Shown here one piece after another: positions 29,600 through 43,634 of a stretch of DNA of 64,000 nucleotides (position 1 is its first letter; the number at the start of each line of letters is the position of its first letter). The stretch comes from the human T2T-CHM13v2.0 reference genome, Homo sapiens. Under the pieces are notes generated by a model. The model was given only the letters and a program-made list of their open reading frames with translations. It was not told the DNA's origin and made no database searches. Where the stretch lies: assembly GCF_009914755.1 (NCBI RefSeq), contig NC_060947.1. One strand, 5' to 3'. Both the position numbers and the translations under genes were made by a program.

Positions 29600-29910
29600 A
29601 CAGGTACACACTCTGCACTAGACCACTCATCTCTCCTGCTCTCAACAGGCAGGTTGCGGACCCCCTGCCATTCCATGCATTTCCCCATTCTGCTCGGGAT
29701 TGTTCACAGGCCCTGGCTTTCAACTCTTCCCAAAGCCATGTCTCCACCCTCCTTCCTGGCCCAGCTCCAGACTGTCCTCTAGGAAAGGGATCTTTGTTAC
29801 TGCCCTTACCTGGAAGCTTCTCAGCATCTTACAACACAAGGAGTTCTCTGTCTCAACACATTTGCTTTCCTAGCTTCAAAACCTTTCTCAGGTTAGGGTC
29901 TTCCTGGTAG
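29600..29910 (+). mobile_element. L2 fragment
   Basis: Pyrimidine-rich with L2-like motifs (GATCTTTGTTACTGCCC...TCAGCATCTTACAAC). Confidence 0.4.
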
Positions 29911-30814
29911 GTGGATTTTATTCCTTTATCAATCAGACTATCCACATGAGTAGGGGGCTTGGTGCCTCTTACTTCCATGTTTTTGCCTTCCTGATATCAT
30001 ATACAATCTCCAGTTGTTTTCAATGTTGTGTACTTTGGATTGAACCCAGAGGGAGAAAGGGCAGAGGGGCCTTAACAGTTTTTTCACAAATCAGCCTGAA
30101 GCCTGGTGATAGGACCCTCTAAAGATATACAGCTCAGTTATCACTCAGCATGCAAGCTGAAGTGGAAGCAATTAGTGTTCCTGCTTAAATGGCCAGAGAA
30201 TAACGATGCATAACTGCTGTTCACAGCACTCTCTCTATTCCCACTGTGATGACCCTGTAAATGATGGGTGCATGCTGCATCCTCCAGTTACTCCCCAATC
30301 ACTTATACTGTGCGCCAGGCACTGTGCAAGGACCTCAGGTACAAAGACGACTCAGGCCCCTTCCTAAGCAGCTGAAACACATGCACAACAGTTCTTTCCA
30401 TCTAGGCTGGATAAGGGCCAGTGGGCAGTAGCAGCTGAAGTAGGTCACAAGGTGGCATCAACGAGAAAGAAACATGTGCATGAGATAAGGCATCCATTTT
30501 CTGCAGTTCTCATAAATGAGGATATGCAGGCTGTTATATCATGCAGAGGAAAGGCCCAGTGCTCAGGAACATCCGCAAGCTCCCCGCTGTCTAAATCACC
30601 TGGTCTGGAGTCTCTGGAGTCTATGATGACAACTAAGGCTGTGATATCCACTTCTCAAGGATGCTGAGGTTGGAGTGGTACTTCATGGAGGAGATTTTGT
30701 GTGATATCTTCCACTTGACTCTGAGTTGGCACTCAGAGGAGAGTGAGCACATGTTTCTGGGCAGGGAGGGCTGCAACATGTGAGTGGCTGAGATGAGGAC
30801 TTTGTTCTGGGGAG

Positions 30815-31474
<660 letters not shown>

Positions 31475-31899
31475 GAGGGGCTTTCTAATGCTGTGTCAGA
31501 TTGAAGGGTGGTCTGTGTTGGAGCAAGAAGTGATCCATAGGAGAGGATAACTACAATTTTTTTTTTTTTTTTTGCACAACCCCATGAGGCCCTTTCTCTT
31601 GGCATGGGTTTTTCCCTTCTTGAGCTGATTGCCAGACTATAGCCTTTCAGAGCAGGTTCCCACAGTAAGATTGTGTACTGAGCCTTCCAAAAACCCGGAT
31701 GGCAAGGATGTGTTTTAAGTGTTTGAGGGTAATCCTCTCTCACCGGGACAATTTGAAATCCCCATCTTCTACTGTGCAATTTGTTATTCTGGGCTGGAAT
31801 CAGACAGACTCTTCTCCACTACCCCATCTCCTCCTTCTAGATTGGAAAAGCTCAGTCACAGTTCACATATATACTCAGTTTTAGTAGATCCTGCACAAC

Positions 31900-32350
31900 A
31901 GTTTTCATAAGTACTTTTACAAACTTTCCCTCCCACCAGCAATGTATGATTCTTCAGGTTGCTTCTCATTCTCCCCAACACGTGTTATGTGCCAGCATTC
32001 TGGTGGTGTCAGTGGCTACTTCAATTTCTATTGCCCTGGGGATTAATGAGGTTGTGTGCCTCTTTATACCAATACCATGCACTCTCAATCATGATATCCC
32101 TGGAAAGTTTATGACATCTGGTAGTGTGTGTTCTCTAGCTTTGTTCATCTTCTTAAATATTGCTTTGCCTACACTTTGTGCTTTGAATTTCTTTATCACT
32201 TTTAGAAGCTGTTGTCAAATTCCACAAAAATGTGTCAGTTTTGGATGAGATTATGTTACAATTGTAGATTAATATCAGGATAATTTGTATTTTAGCAATA
32301 ATGACACTTGCAATCCATGAGTATACTATATGCTCCATTTGTTCAGAGTA
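31900..32350 (-). mobile_element. Ancient L1M fragments
   Basis: CCCACCAGCAATGTATGA. Minus ORF 32153-32338 resembles L1 ORF2 (I..SWI...I.K..IL.ILIY). Confidence 0.6.
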
Positions 32351-32502
32351 TTTGATAACCCCTTATGATTATGCTTACCTTAATTGATACAGAATATTCC
32401 TGCAATGCACAAGCTATAGCAATATCACTAACATGTAGGTAAATCAGAGTCTTTATTATATGTATTTTTCATTATCTTGGGATTTGGTGTTCATTCCTGA
32501 AA

Positions 32503-32700
32503 ACGCTGGTTCTCACACTTGAGTGTGCATCAGAATACACTTTCTATGTAGAGGGCTTATTAAAAAACAGATGTCTGCTCTGCAAACCCCAGAATTTCTG
32601 ATGCAGAAGGTCAGGGTGAGGCCCGATAATCTGCATCTCTAACAGGTCCTAGGTGATGTTAGTGCTGCTGGCCAGGGGACCGCACTTGAGGAGCCCCTGC
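32503..32700. mobile_element. MER5A-like hAT-Charlie DNA transposon (MITE)
   Basis: GGTTCTCACACTTGAGTGTGCATCAGAAT...CCCCAGAATTTCTGAT...TCTGCATCTCTAACAGG...GGGGACCGCACTTGAG. Confidence 0.8.
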
Positions 32701-34449
32701 CTTAAAGACAGGCAGAGGAAATAGATACATTGGTCCAGAAACTGTCCTTGATGCTAAGAATACAGGAGGGTGTAATCATGGTCTATTACTCCAGAGTCTC
32801 TCTGGCTGATGTGGGAAGCAGGACCACAGCAGATGACTATAATGCATCTTGGGAATTGCTTTGCAATTTTTACTTTTCAACCTGGGAGCTCAGTGAAGGT
32901 TGTTTTTTTTTTCTTAGGGAAATAAAAATAAAAACAAAAACAAAAATGTAGTGCTGACTGGATGGGTGAGCCCCTGTTGAGTAAATTCCAAGAGATTTTG
33001 AATGTGTGGCTGTGTCCATACTGGCAAGAGATGAATACTTGGGTGTGAACATATGGTGAGAAATTGCTGTGAAATGTGGCTTTCTCATCCCTTTTTTTGT
33101 CTGCTCCTTCATGGAAATTTAAACAATTCAAAACCATAGAAAGGTGTCCATGGTTTTCCATGACTGTAATATTTCTATCAGCATGATAAGGCAATATCAT
33201 GACTGTTTTAATACAAAATGCTCTTAGGAATTGGGTCTTTATTAAGATATAGGTAAGTGTCTAAATGTTGGGCGTATTATTTTAAGTGTGTGTTTCTAAG
33301 TGTGTATTTTGGAGAAATGGCCATTTTCACTTTGATGGGATAGTTGGGATATGATGGAACACCTGGTATAATGTTTCAGGTTCCATCTTTTATTAGGTAA
33401 TCCTTCATATTATTACCCACAAACAGAAAACGTTTTCCTGACCCTTGTAACATTTCAGGATGAGAAATGGAATGATTTCTCACTCACTACTTATTGTGCC
33501 ATCTTAGGTGCAGGAGTGGGAGGGTGGAAGATGAAGCTTTGCTGGATTCAGGATTGGCTGCAGACCAGCATGGATGCTTTATCTTCCTGGTATTTACAAG
33601 CATGTGGAATCTCATTTCTCCTGGGAATTTCTTAGTTTTTTTCAAGAGAGGATCCTCCAGAAGAGAGAAAAACTGAGCGGCTGTGCAAAGCTGACAAAAT
33701 GCCTAAGGAAGCTGTTCAATTCAAGTGAGAATGAAACTGCAATTAGGTCTGACTTTTTACAGAACAACTGAGTGTTTGTATTTTGGGGTTAACATGTTTA
33801 AAACCAATGGAAAGTTTAAATAAGAAAAAATGGTGAAAATATAGTATTATATGGAAATAATTTTAACAAGATTTATTCCCTTGTAAGAGATTTACTTAGT
33901 TGCTCTTGTTAATGTGTTATTTTTGTTGTTTGATATTATTATCATAGTAAAATTTCATGCACTTTGTGGGTATGGGCATCACAGAATGTAAAATTAGGCA
34001 GTTGGGCAAATGATGTTTTCTTCATTTGGTTGTGTGCATATAAGTTACAACAGTACTTTTTGAGGAATATCAACAGAATGGCTCTGGGTAATTTCTGGTG
34101 TTTCCTGTTTTTGCTTAAATTGGAAAAGAGGCTGACATACAGAAGATTTGATTGAGTATTCACTGGAATAGAGTCAGAGCAAGGTGATAGTGGACCACTG
34201 TGAGTTTTGCAACTATCTTGTTGGTCATTGTTCTGTGGAGGGAATGGAACTTTGAGTTCAGATGTTACATCACTGTTGTTGATCATTTTTATTGTGATGT
34301 TAATAGTAATTGTTTTCTTTAGGCAACTATAGGACAGAACGGAAGAAAGCCCAGAGCGAATCACATGAGAGTAAGAACCAGGATTAGAAGTCTGAAAAAC
34401 CTGCAAAGAGACTTTTATGTCAAAGAATGCAGGCATATTTTAGGAAGAG

Positions 34450-35010
34450 AAAGCTTGATGACACAGAAGTAAACAAGCAGACAGAATCTCTCTACCCTCA
34501 TGGAGCTTTCAGTTTAGCAGGCATTAAACTAGTCATAGTAAGTAAAATTGGGATTCACATACACAATGAAAGTCCAGGAGGCTATGGGAGAATATCACAA
34601 GGTCTTGACCTACTGTAGGGGAGATCAGATCAGGGGGATGCTTGTTTCAGTCAGTGGTGATTAAGTTGAAATTGGAAGGGTGAACATGAATTAGCCAGGC
34701 AAAGAACAGTAGGAGAAGTTGGGAGGTGTTCCTCAGACTGAGAGAATAACTCTTTGGAAGCCTTGAGTGAGGAAGGAGCTGGGCCTATTGGAATCAAAAT
34801 AAAAAGCAATGCTTCTAGTGTGATTACAGCATAGTGAGCAGGAGGGAAACCAGTAAAAGGTGAAATGAGAGATAGATCAGTCATGACCATTCAAAACCAT
34901 GTTTGATATGAGAAATGTTTTGGACTTTATCCTGAGATGAATGGGGAGGCAGGGAAGGGATTCAGCACTGGGATGCCACAATTAGATTTTTATTATTTGA
35001 AGGTCATTCT
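34450..35010 (-). mobile_element. L2 3' fragment
   Basis: GACACAGAAGTAAACAAG...CCCTCATGGAGCTT...TGGACTTTATCCTGAG...GGTCATTCTGGCT. Confidence 0.65.
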
Positions 35011-35039
35011 GGCTTCCTTAAAACCTAGGCTGTATGTAC

Positions 35040-35900
35040 TGAAAGGAGCTGAGGGGTATATTGTAAGAATGCTTGATCAGGGAGTCATAACTTAAAACTC
35101 TATAAGCAAGAGTTTGTTGACTCGGGAGCACTCTCCTAAGATGTAGGATTTAATACACTGCTAATGACACCAGTAGATGGTATAAACTCATTAGTAAAAT
35201 GGCTCATAGGAGCATTGAAAATGTTATGGCCCATGCTAAGTGAGATTGAAATGCAAGAATTGTTGTGGCATATTGTGGTGGAAGGGATTAAAGGACTCAG
35301 GGATATGTACGTGCTGCAGTTGATAAACTATGTGTGAACAGAAGCCCCTCCAGATGAGTACATTCCATTCAAAAGACCAGAGGACACACCATTTACTGAA
35401 GCCATAAAGAATGCACTGCTGAGGGAGATATTAAACTCTCTAAGACATTCAATAGTGACTCTCCTCTTCTGTACTAAACGTAGGAGCTGTGTATAGGAGA
35501 TGCTGCTGAAGATCTTGGCTTGTTGCAGGATTTGGGAATATAAGACCCTGAAACAATAGTGAAGTGGCAGCTCTTAACTACCAGAAACCAAAGGTTCATA
35601 CTGTCATAATGATATGCAAATTAACAGCCAAGGAGGTTGGAGGTGTAGAGAGTCATGGAGATGATTAATAGAACATGGTGCCCCTATGCAAAAAGTAGAG
35701 AGACAGATTACAAGGATACCACTTTGCTTGTACCAGAAAAAAAAAATTAAGTGTAAATAACCAGGGGTCTGAGGGAAGTTGCTCAAATAAGAAAAGCACA
35801 AACCCTTTCACAATTTCTAGACCTAAGGCAGTTTTTACACTCTTAAACCTTCTCCAACTTCCATGACACTACAGATCTCCACGTGTCCATGTCAGCTGAG
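35040..35900 (+). mobile_element. ERVL/MaLR-type internal (gag) fragment
   Basis: Translates to EFVDSGALS, WPMLSEIEMQEL, EGIKGLRD and PEDTPFTEAIKNAL, which are HERV-L gag-like motifs. Confidence 0.7.
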
Positions 35901-35929
35901 ACCCTATGCCTAATAGGAGGTGAGAAGAT

Positions 35930-36870
35930 ACAAATAGTGGACATAATATTCTTAATAGTTGTATAGTAAGTATTGAAACACTGAACCTTTATTACTGGTA
36001 AAAAAATAATAAAATAGGAGTGTGTCCTTAACTATATAAAAACTATATGTATCAAAAAGCTGTAGGAATCACTATACTTAACATTTAAAGCAATTATAAT
36101 AACAATCGCCACTAACATTCATTAGTACAATAAAGATCTTGTTGGTTAATGAGACTAGAAATAAAAGTTTGGATTACTTTCCTATGTAGGTAATCTGAAG
36201 AAATCAACCAGTAAGATTTCAGAACTAATAAGTTGTATTTAACTTATTAAACAATCTAGGCAGACTTCTGTATCATTCTACAAATAGCAATTGTTGTCCC
36301 ATACAGTGACAATAGCCCCAAATTCATCAATTTTCTTCCTAAGCATATACATGCAAGAACTATAGAAAAAAAGCATAAAACATCACTTAAAGCTGTAAAG
36401 AGACATGCCATTGTAAGTCAGTGGGGAAAATGTGGCATATTTTATTTTAATGGTGTTGGGAAAATAGGCTATCCATTTTGGAAAATATTTATTGACAAGC
36501 CCAGATAAATACCTAGATGTGAAATCAAAGCTATAAACATTTTATAAAATAAATAAGAGTGTAGTTTTATTACCTAAAGATAGAAAAGGATTGCTTAAAG
36601 AAGATAAAAGTATTTATAAAGAAAACTAATAAATTTGACAGCATAAGACTTGAAATATCTTACAAGTAAAGATAATAGTTGAGAAAAATTGGAAGAAAAT
36701 ATTTAAACTGTCAATAAAAGCCAAAGATAAATATATGGAATAGGTAAGGATTTTATGCAAACTCTTCAGTGAATTCAATGAAAGCAATACTAAAATGTCC
36801 AGGGATAAACACAGAATATGCTCAAAGGCATTAATTATAATGATAAATGTGTAAGATGAACACTAGGAAT
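35930..36870 (+). mobile_element. Very old L1M(E) ORF2 fragments
   Basis: A-rich; AATGGTGTTGGGAAAATAGGCTATCCAT and TGGAAGAAAATATTT. Confidence 0.5.
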
Positions 36871-37399
36871 ATCTTAAAACTAAAAACCAAGGCCGTGATG
36901 ATTCCTAGGGCCACAGGTAAGTGAAAAATCATGAGCAGAAGTTAAAAGAAATGAGCTCTGTAACTGCAATGGTCTTCCCTCAAGCACTGTGCAGAAAAGT
37001 CTCTTGGACTCTTGGTTTCTATACTGGAAAAAGTGAGATTGAGGTAGATAGCCAGCTTCTCCACAAACTTGGGTTCCTACACAAGAAAACGATTCCTGCA
37101 TCACAAGTGCCTGCCGGGTGGAAAATCCTGAGGACAATTAGAGAAAGGGTGGAGGTGTGGCTAGCACCACCCTGCACATGACAATTACGGCTGCTCTTCA
37201 TCCCAGCAAAAAAGACATCAAATCAGAGAGGCTGTTTAACAGCACCACACAGTGGGTGGCACAATACAGAGATCCTTTGGGCACAGACTATAGGCAGCCT
37301 TCCCACAAACCCATGGTATATTCTTTGTGAACCCCTGTCCAGGACAGTCAGTGCTCCAAATTTTGCAACAACCCAAGCAATCCTGGACTTAGGGTGTCA

Positions 37400-40300
37400 T
37401 CTAGTGTCGAAAAGGAGGCAGCAATCTCAAGCTAAGGGAACTCAGTGGTCAATTGACACAAAACCTCTAGACAGACATACCCTAGAAAAAGCAAACCAAG
37501 CCAGACACTGAAGGCTGGAATAAACAACTATTCCCTTGACACAAAGACATAGGCATACATCCATCAGAAACATGAGCAAACAGGGAGCCATGACCTTCCC
37601 AAATCGTCAAGAAAAGGAGACAGCTAATGACCCTAATGAGATGATGTTGTGTGAGCTCTAAGATCACAAATTTGATGCAGCAGTTTTAGGGAAACTCAGT
37701 GAACGCCAAGATAACACAGAAAAGCAACTAATGAATCTATCAGAGAAATTTAACAAAGATATTAAAATAATTTTAAAAACACACAGAAATTCTGGAACTG
37801 AGAAATACAATAACCAAATTGAAAAATACATGGAGAGTCTCCATAGCAGAACTGGTCAAGCAGAAGAACAAATTAGTGAGCTTGAAGACAGGCTAAGTGA
37901 AAAATACGCAGTCAGAGGAAAGAAGGAATTGAAAAGAAACAAATAATGCATATGAGATCAAGAGAATAGCCTCAAAAGAAACAATCAGAGAGTCATAGGC
38001 CTCTAAGGGGAAGTTGAGAAAGAGCAAGGGGTAGAAAGCTTATTCAAAGAGGTATAACAGAAAACTTCAAACAGAGAGAAATGTCAACGAAAAGAGTCAA
38101 ACTCTGTAAAATATTTGAAGAGATTTATTCTGAGCCAAATATGAGTTACTATGGCTGGTGACACAGCCCTCAGGAGGTCCTGAGAACATGTGCCCAAGGT
38201 GGTTGGGGTGCAGCTTGGTTTTATACATTTTAGGAATGCATGAGACAGCAATCAAATACATTTAATAAATACACTGATTTTGTCTGGGGAATGTCTGGGT
38301 TGTGGTAAGAGGTTGCAGAGACCAAAGTTTTCCATGAAGATGAAGCTTTTAGCTAGCAGGCTTCAGAGGGAATAGGTTGTAAAATGTTTCTTACCTGACT
38401 TAAAGTCTGTGTTGACGTTAATGAGGGAGAGGTATAATGAGGCATGTTCGACTCCCACGTCCCATCATGAACTGAAACAGTCTCTCAGGTTAAATTTTAA
38501 GAGCTGTGGCTGAGGAGGAAGTCCAATCAGATGGTTGGGGGGGCTTAGAATTTCATTTTTGGTTTACAGAAATATGTAAATATCCAGGTACAGGAAGGTT
38601 AAGTGTCACCAAACAGATTCAGCCAAAGGAAGCCTACCCCAAGGCATATAATAAGCAAAATCTCAAAGGTCAAGGACAAAGAGAGGATCCTAAAGGCAGC
38701 AAGAGAAAACAAGCAAATAACATAAGAAGGAGCTCTGATTTATCTGACAGTGGACTTCTCAGCAGAAACCCTGCAGGCTAAGAGTGAGTGGAATTACATA
38801 CTCAAAATGCTGAAGGAAAAACAACAACAACAACTAAAAATACTACACCCAACAAAGCTACCCTTCAAACATGAAAGAGATAAAGACCTTCCAGGACAAA
38901 CAAGAGCTGAGGGAACTCGTCACCACCAGACCTGTCTTAAAAGAAATGCTAAAGGGAATCTTCAATTAGCAAGAGAAAGTTGCTAATGTGCAACAAGAAA
39001 TCATCTGAAACTATAAAACTCAATGATAAAAGTAAGTACACAGGCAAATTTAGAATACTCTAATACTGTAATTGTGATGTGTAAACCACACTTATTTTAG
39101 TGTGAAGAGTAAAACACGAATCTTTCAAAACTGAAAGATTACTAAATCTACTACTAAATTTATTGCTTAATAGATAATATAAAAAGAATTGAGGCAACTG
39201 CAAATATGTGGGCTGATAAAGTGTAGAATTGTTTAGTTGTTGCTTTGTTTTTTTCCTTTTGATCAAAGTTATCACCAGTTGAAATAACTTGTAATAAATC
39301 TATAGAGATATTTTTGTAAGCCTCATGGTAACCACAAGCAAGAATCTATAACAGAGATGCTTAAAAGTAAAAAAAAAAAAAAAAAAGGAATTAAAACATG
39401 CCACCAGTGAAAAATACCTAACCATACAGGAAGACAGTTAAAAAAAAGACAGAAAGGAAGAGAAGAGTTATAAAACAACCAGAAAATAAGTAATAAAATG
39501 GAGGTAGAAGGTCCTTACCTATCAATAATTATATTGAATGTAAATGGACTGAATTCTCCAATTAAAAGACAGAGCGAAAGAATAGGTAAAACCAGCACCT
39601 AATTATATACTCAATGTTACTTCACCTATAAAGACACACATAGAATTGAAGTGAAGAAACAGAAAAAAAAATACTCCATTAAAATAGAAACACAAAACAA
39701 GCAGTAGTAACTATGCTGCTATCAGATAAAATACACATGAAGTCAAAAGCAGTAAAATGTGACAAAGAAGGTTCATTATGTAATGGTGAAGTGGTCAGTT
39801 CAGCAATTAGATATAATGATTATAAATATATATGCACCCAATACCAGAGCCCCCAAATATATAAAGTAAATATTGATAGATTGAAATACAATAATAGTAG
39901 TGGAATTCAACACCCCATTTTCAGCATTGGACAGATCATCCAGACAGAAAATTGACAAAAAATCAGAGTTAAACTACATTCTAAACCAAATGGATCGAAC
40001 TGACTTTTACAGAATGTTTCATCTAACTGCTACAGAATTCACATTCTTCTCATGAGCACATGAAACATTCTGCAAGATAGACCATATGTTATTCCAAAAA
40101 ACAAGTCTTAACAAGTACAGAAACATTAAAATAACATCAAGTATTTTTTCTGACCACAACACTATGAAACTAGAAATCAAAAACAGAAGGAATTTGGAAA
40201 ATTCACAAATACTTGAAAATTAAACAAGATGCTCCTAAACAACCAAAGGGTCAATGATGCAACTAAAAATAACATTTTTAAAATTTCTTGAAACAAATAA

Positions 40301-40610
40301 AATTGGAAACACAACATACCAAAACATATGGTAAGCAGCAGAGGCAGCACTAATAGGGATGTTTATAGCAATAAATGTTTTCATCAAAAAAGTAGAAAGA
40401 CCTCAAATTAACAACCTAGTTATGAACCTCAAGGAATTAGAAAGCAAGGACCTGCCAAACCCAAAATTAGTAGAAGGAAAGGAATAATAAAGATTAGAGC
40501 AAAACATAAATAAAATTTAGACTAAAAAATACAAAATATCAATAAAGCAAAAAATTGCTTTTTTGAAAAGATAAACAAAATTGACAAACTTTTAGATAAA
40601 GAAAAAAATT
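37400..40610 (+). mobile_element. L1M/L1PB-type element: end of 5'UTR, ORF1 and ORF2 endonuclease (5'UTR may extend to ~36900)
   Basis: ORF1 pieces EEQISELEDRL and DFSAETLQAKSEW; ORF2 start MEVEGPYLSIIILNVNGLNSPIKR near 39498. Confidence 0.85.
38082..38568 (-). mobile_element. MER4(A)-like ERV1 solo LTR
   Basis: Minus strand TGTAAACCAAAAATGAAATTCTAAGCCCCCCC...GAGTTTGACTCTTTTCGTTGACA; 4-bp TSD GAAA at 38078-38081 and 38569-38572. Confidence 0.88.
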
Positions 40611-40611
40611 G

Positions 40612-42215
40612 AGAGTGGTGAGAGCAACATCGCCGAATAGAACCCTCCAGTGATTGTCCCCATGCAGGAGCACCAATTACACAACCCTCTGTTTAATGTA
40701 GCACCTTATAAGAACCAAAAAAATCAAGTTAGTAATCACAGCACCTGCTTTTAACATAATATCAAGGAATGAGATTTTAAGAATTTAGGAAACATAGTTT
40801 TGCATTGAATACACCACCAGTCCTTAATGCCCCTGCAGTGTCGTGCAGAGATAATCTGTGCTTTGGAGAAAGAGAGTAAAGTGATTATGGGACTTCGCTT
40901 TGGAATTCAGTGCTGTTCTGTCACAGTGGAACACAAAACAGGACATAATTCTGCTGCTGCCCACAGTAAAAGCAATTAGATCAGCCCTAGCCAGAGGCAA
41001 ATTCTTAGACTCAGTGGGCAGAACTCAAGTTCTGGCTGGCTCCATCACTGGCTAACTAAAGTTGCCAGTTATGGAATGAATACCTAGATCTTCAATGCCC
41101 AGACATCAACGAATATCCTCAAGCATCAAGAATATCTAGGAAAATACGACCTCACAGGACTAATTACATAAGGCTCCAGTGACCCATCCCAGAATGATGG
41201 ACATATGTAAACTTTCAGACAGACAATTCAAAATTGATGTCTTGAGGAAGTTCAATGAATGTTAAAGACCACACAAAGAATGACTTCAGAATTCTAGCAA
41301 ATAAAATTAACAAAGAGATTGAAATAATTTTAAAAAATCAAACAGAAATAATGCAGCTGAAAATTGACAAACTGAAAAATGAATTAGACTCTCAACAACA
41401 GAATTGATCAAGCGGAGGAAAGAATTAGTGAGCTTGAAGAAAGGTCATATAAAAAACACACTCAGAGGAGAAAATAATACAAAATAATAAAGCATGTCTC
41501 CAATATCTAAAGTAGTCACAAAACAGCCAATTTAAGAGTCATTGGCCTTAAAGAGGAGTTACAGAGGGAGATTGGGTTAAAAAAGTTTATTCAAAGAAAT
41601 AATAACAGAGAAATTTTCTAACTCAGAGCCAGATATCTATATCCAGGTATGAGAAAATCATAGAACGTCAAGCAGATCCAACCCAAATAAGACTAGCTCA
41701 AGGTATTTAATAATCACACTCTCAAAAGTCAAAGATCAAGAAAGATTTTAAAAGCAGCAAGACAAAAGAAACAAACTATAAAGGAGCTCTGATGTCTGGC
41801 AGTAGACTTCTGAGCTGAAACATTACAGGCTAGCAGAGAGCAGGATGACATATGCAAAGTGACGAAGGAAAAAAAAACCTTCCACCCTAGAGTATTATAT
41901 CCAGCAAAATATCCTTCAAACATAAAGGAGAAATAAAGACTTTTTCGGACAAACAAAAGCTGAGGGATTTTATCAACACCAGGCCTATCCTACCAGAAAT
42001 GCTGAAGGGAGTTCTTTAGTGTGAAAGAAAAGGACATTAATGAACAACAAATCATCTGAAAGTATAAAACATACTGCTAATAGTAAGTACACAGACAAAT
42101 CCAGAACACTCTAACACTATAATTGCAATGTGTATACCACTTTTATTTTGAATAGGAAGACTAAAAGACAAACCTAACAAAAATAATAGCTATGGCAACT
42201 TTTTGAAACTAGAGT
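40612..42215 (+). mobile_element. Second L1 (L1PB/L1MA-type): shortened 5'UTR plus ORF1
   Basis: 5' end GAGCAACATCGCCGAATAGAACCCTCC; ORF1 motifs RIDQAEERISELEE and RVLYPAKYPSN. Confidence 0.8.
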
Positions 42216-42229
42216 TAAAAACTTTACAA

Positions 42230-43630
42230 TTTTACCTGGTATTCTATTGTATTGCAGCTGAGCTGGCACTCAAACTGCAAGACAAAGGTTTTGCCACTCT
42301 TCACTCCCCTTTTCAAAGGCAGAGGAGCCTCACCCCATAGCCACTGCCACCCATGGCCATGAGGAGTACTACTAGACTACCACTGATGTTCTCTTAAGGC
42401 CCAAGATCTCTTAAATCAGCTTGTGCTGAATGCGGCCTGGCCTGGGACTCACCCTTCAGGACAGTGGGCTCCTCTCTGGCCCAGGACATGTCCAGAAATG
42501 CCATACCAGGGTCAAGTCCTGGAATCGGGGACCCCAAGAACCCACTTGGTGCTCTATCCCCCTATGGCTGAGCTGGTACCTAAGGTGCAAGGCAAAGTCC
42601 CCTTTACTTTTCCCTCTGCTTGTCTCAAGAAGGAGGTTTGCTCCATAGCCGCCATAGCTGGTAATGTGCTGAGTCTCACCTGAAGCCAGCAAGTCTCAGA
42701 GGCTCACCTGCGGCCCTTGACGTAGTACTTGGGTGTCACTGCTGGTTATTAAGGGCCCAAGGACTCTTCCGTTAGCAGCTAATGAATGCTGACAGGACTG
42801 GAAGGCAGCAATTCCCTTCTGGCCCAGGGTGTGTCTAGAAATGTCATCTGGGAGCTAGGGCCTGGAAAGGGGGCCTCTTGACTGACCAGTGCACTATACT
42901 GCTGCAGCTGAGCTGGTATCCAAGATGCATGACGAAGTCCTCCCCACCTTCCCTCTCCTCTCCTCAAGCAGAAGGAAAGGGTCTCTTTTGGAGCCCCGAG
43001 CTGTGCAGGCTGGGTTTAGGGAAGAGGTGATTCCAGCACTTTCTTGGCTGCCACAGCTGTGGCATGCACCCCGCCCCGAGTCCACTGTCTCTGGGCCTAG
43101 TTCAGCCCTAGGACCCACCTATGAGTCTCAGTCCTTATGGCCTGGACTGCCTTTCAACTTCACTTAGAGACCGAGAGCACTTTTGGCCCTCAATGGTTAG
43201 ATTTGCAGGCAGACCGCAATTCCCCTCTGGTTAGGACTGATTTAAATGCTCCCTCTGTGAGTAGGTGTCAGCTGAGCTTGGTCCAGTTTTTTTTTTTTTT
43301 CTGCTCTAACAGAACAGCACTGAGTTCATTGCCTCACAATTGCTGTGTTCTCCCTCCCCCCACACCCAAAGATGCTGTCAACACCACGCTGCTGCTTCTA
43401 GGGGTTTGGGGAGGGGTCGCATCAGTGATTCAGGACTGTTTTTTCTATCTCTTCAGTGCCTCTTTCAGTGATATGAAGTTAAAGCTAGCGATGTGAAATT
43501 AAAATTGTGAGTGCTTACCTGATTTTTGGTTCTTGTAAGGTGTTTTTGCTTTGTAGATAGTTGTTAATTTTGTGTCTTTGTGGGGGGACAATCAGTGGAG
43601 CTTTCTATTCTGCCATATTGCTCCACCTCC
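42230..43630 (-). mobile_element. L1PB/L1MA-type 5'UTR in inverted orientation
   Basis: The minus strand starts GGAGGTGGAGCAATATGGCAGAATAGAAAGCTCCACTGATTGTCCCCCCAC and contains GC-richer UTR subrepeats (GCTGAGCTGG three times). Confidence 0.8.
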
Positions 43631-43634
43631 TTAA

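Noticed and set aside
33942-34436. 164-aa minus ORF in non-repeat sequence
   Set aside because: No recognisable domain or coding-like composition; compatible with chance.
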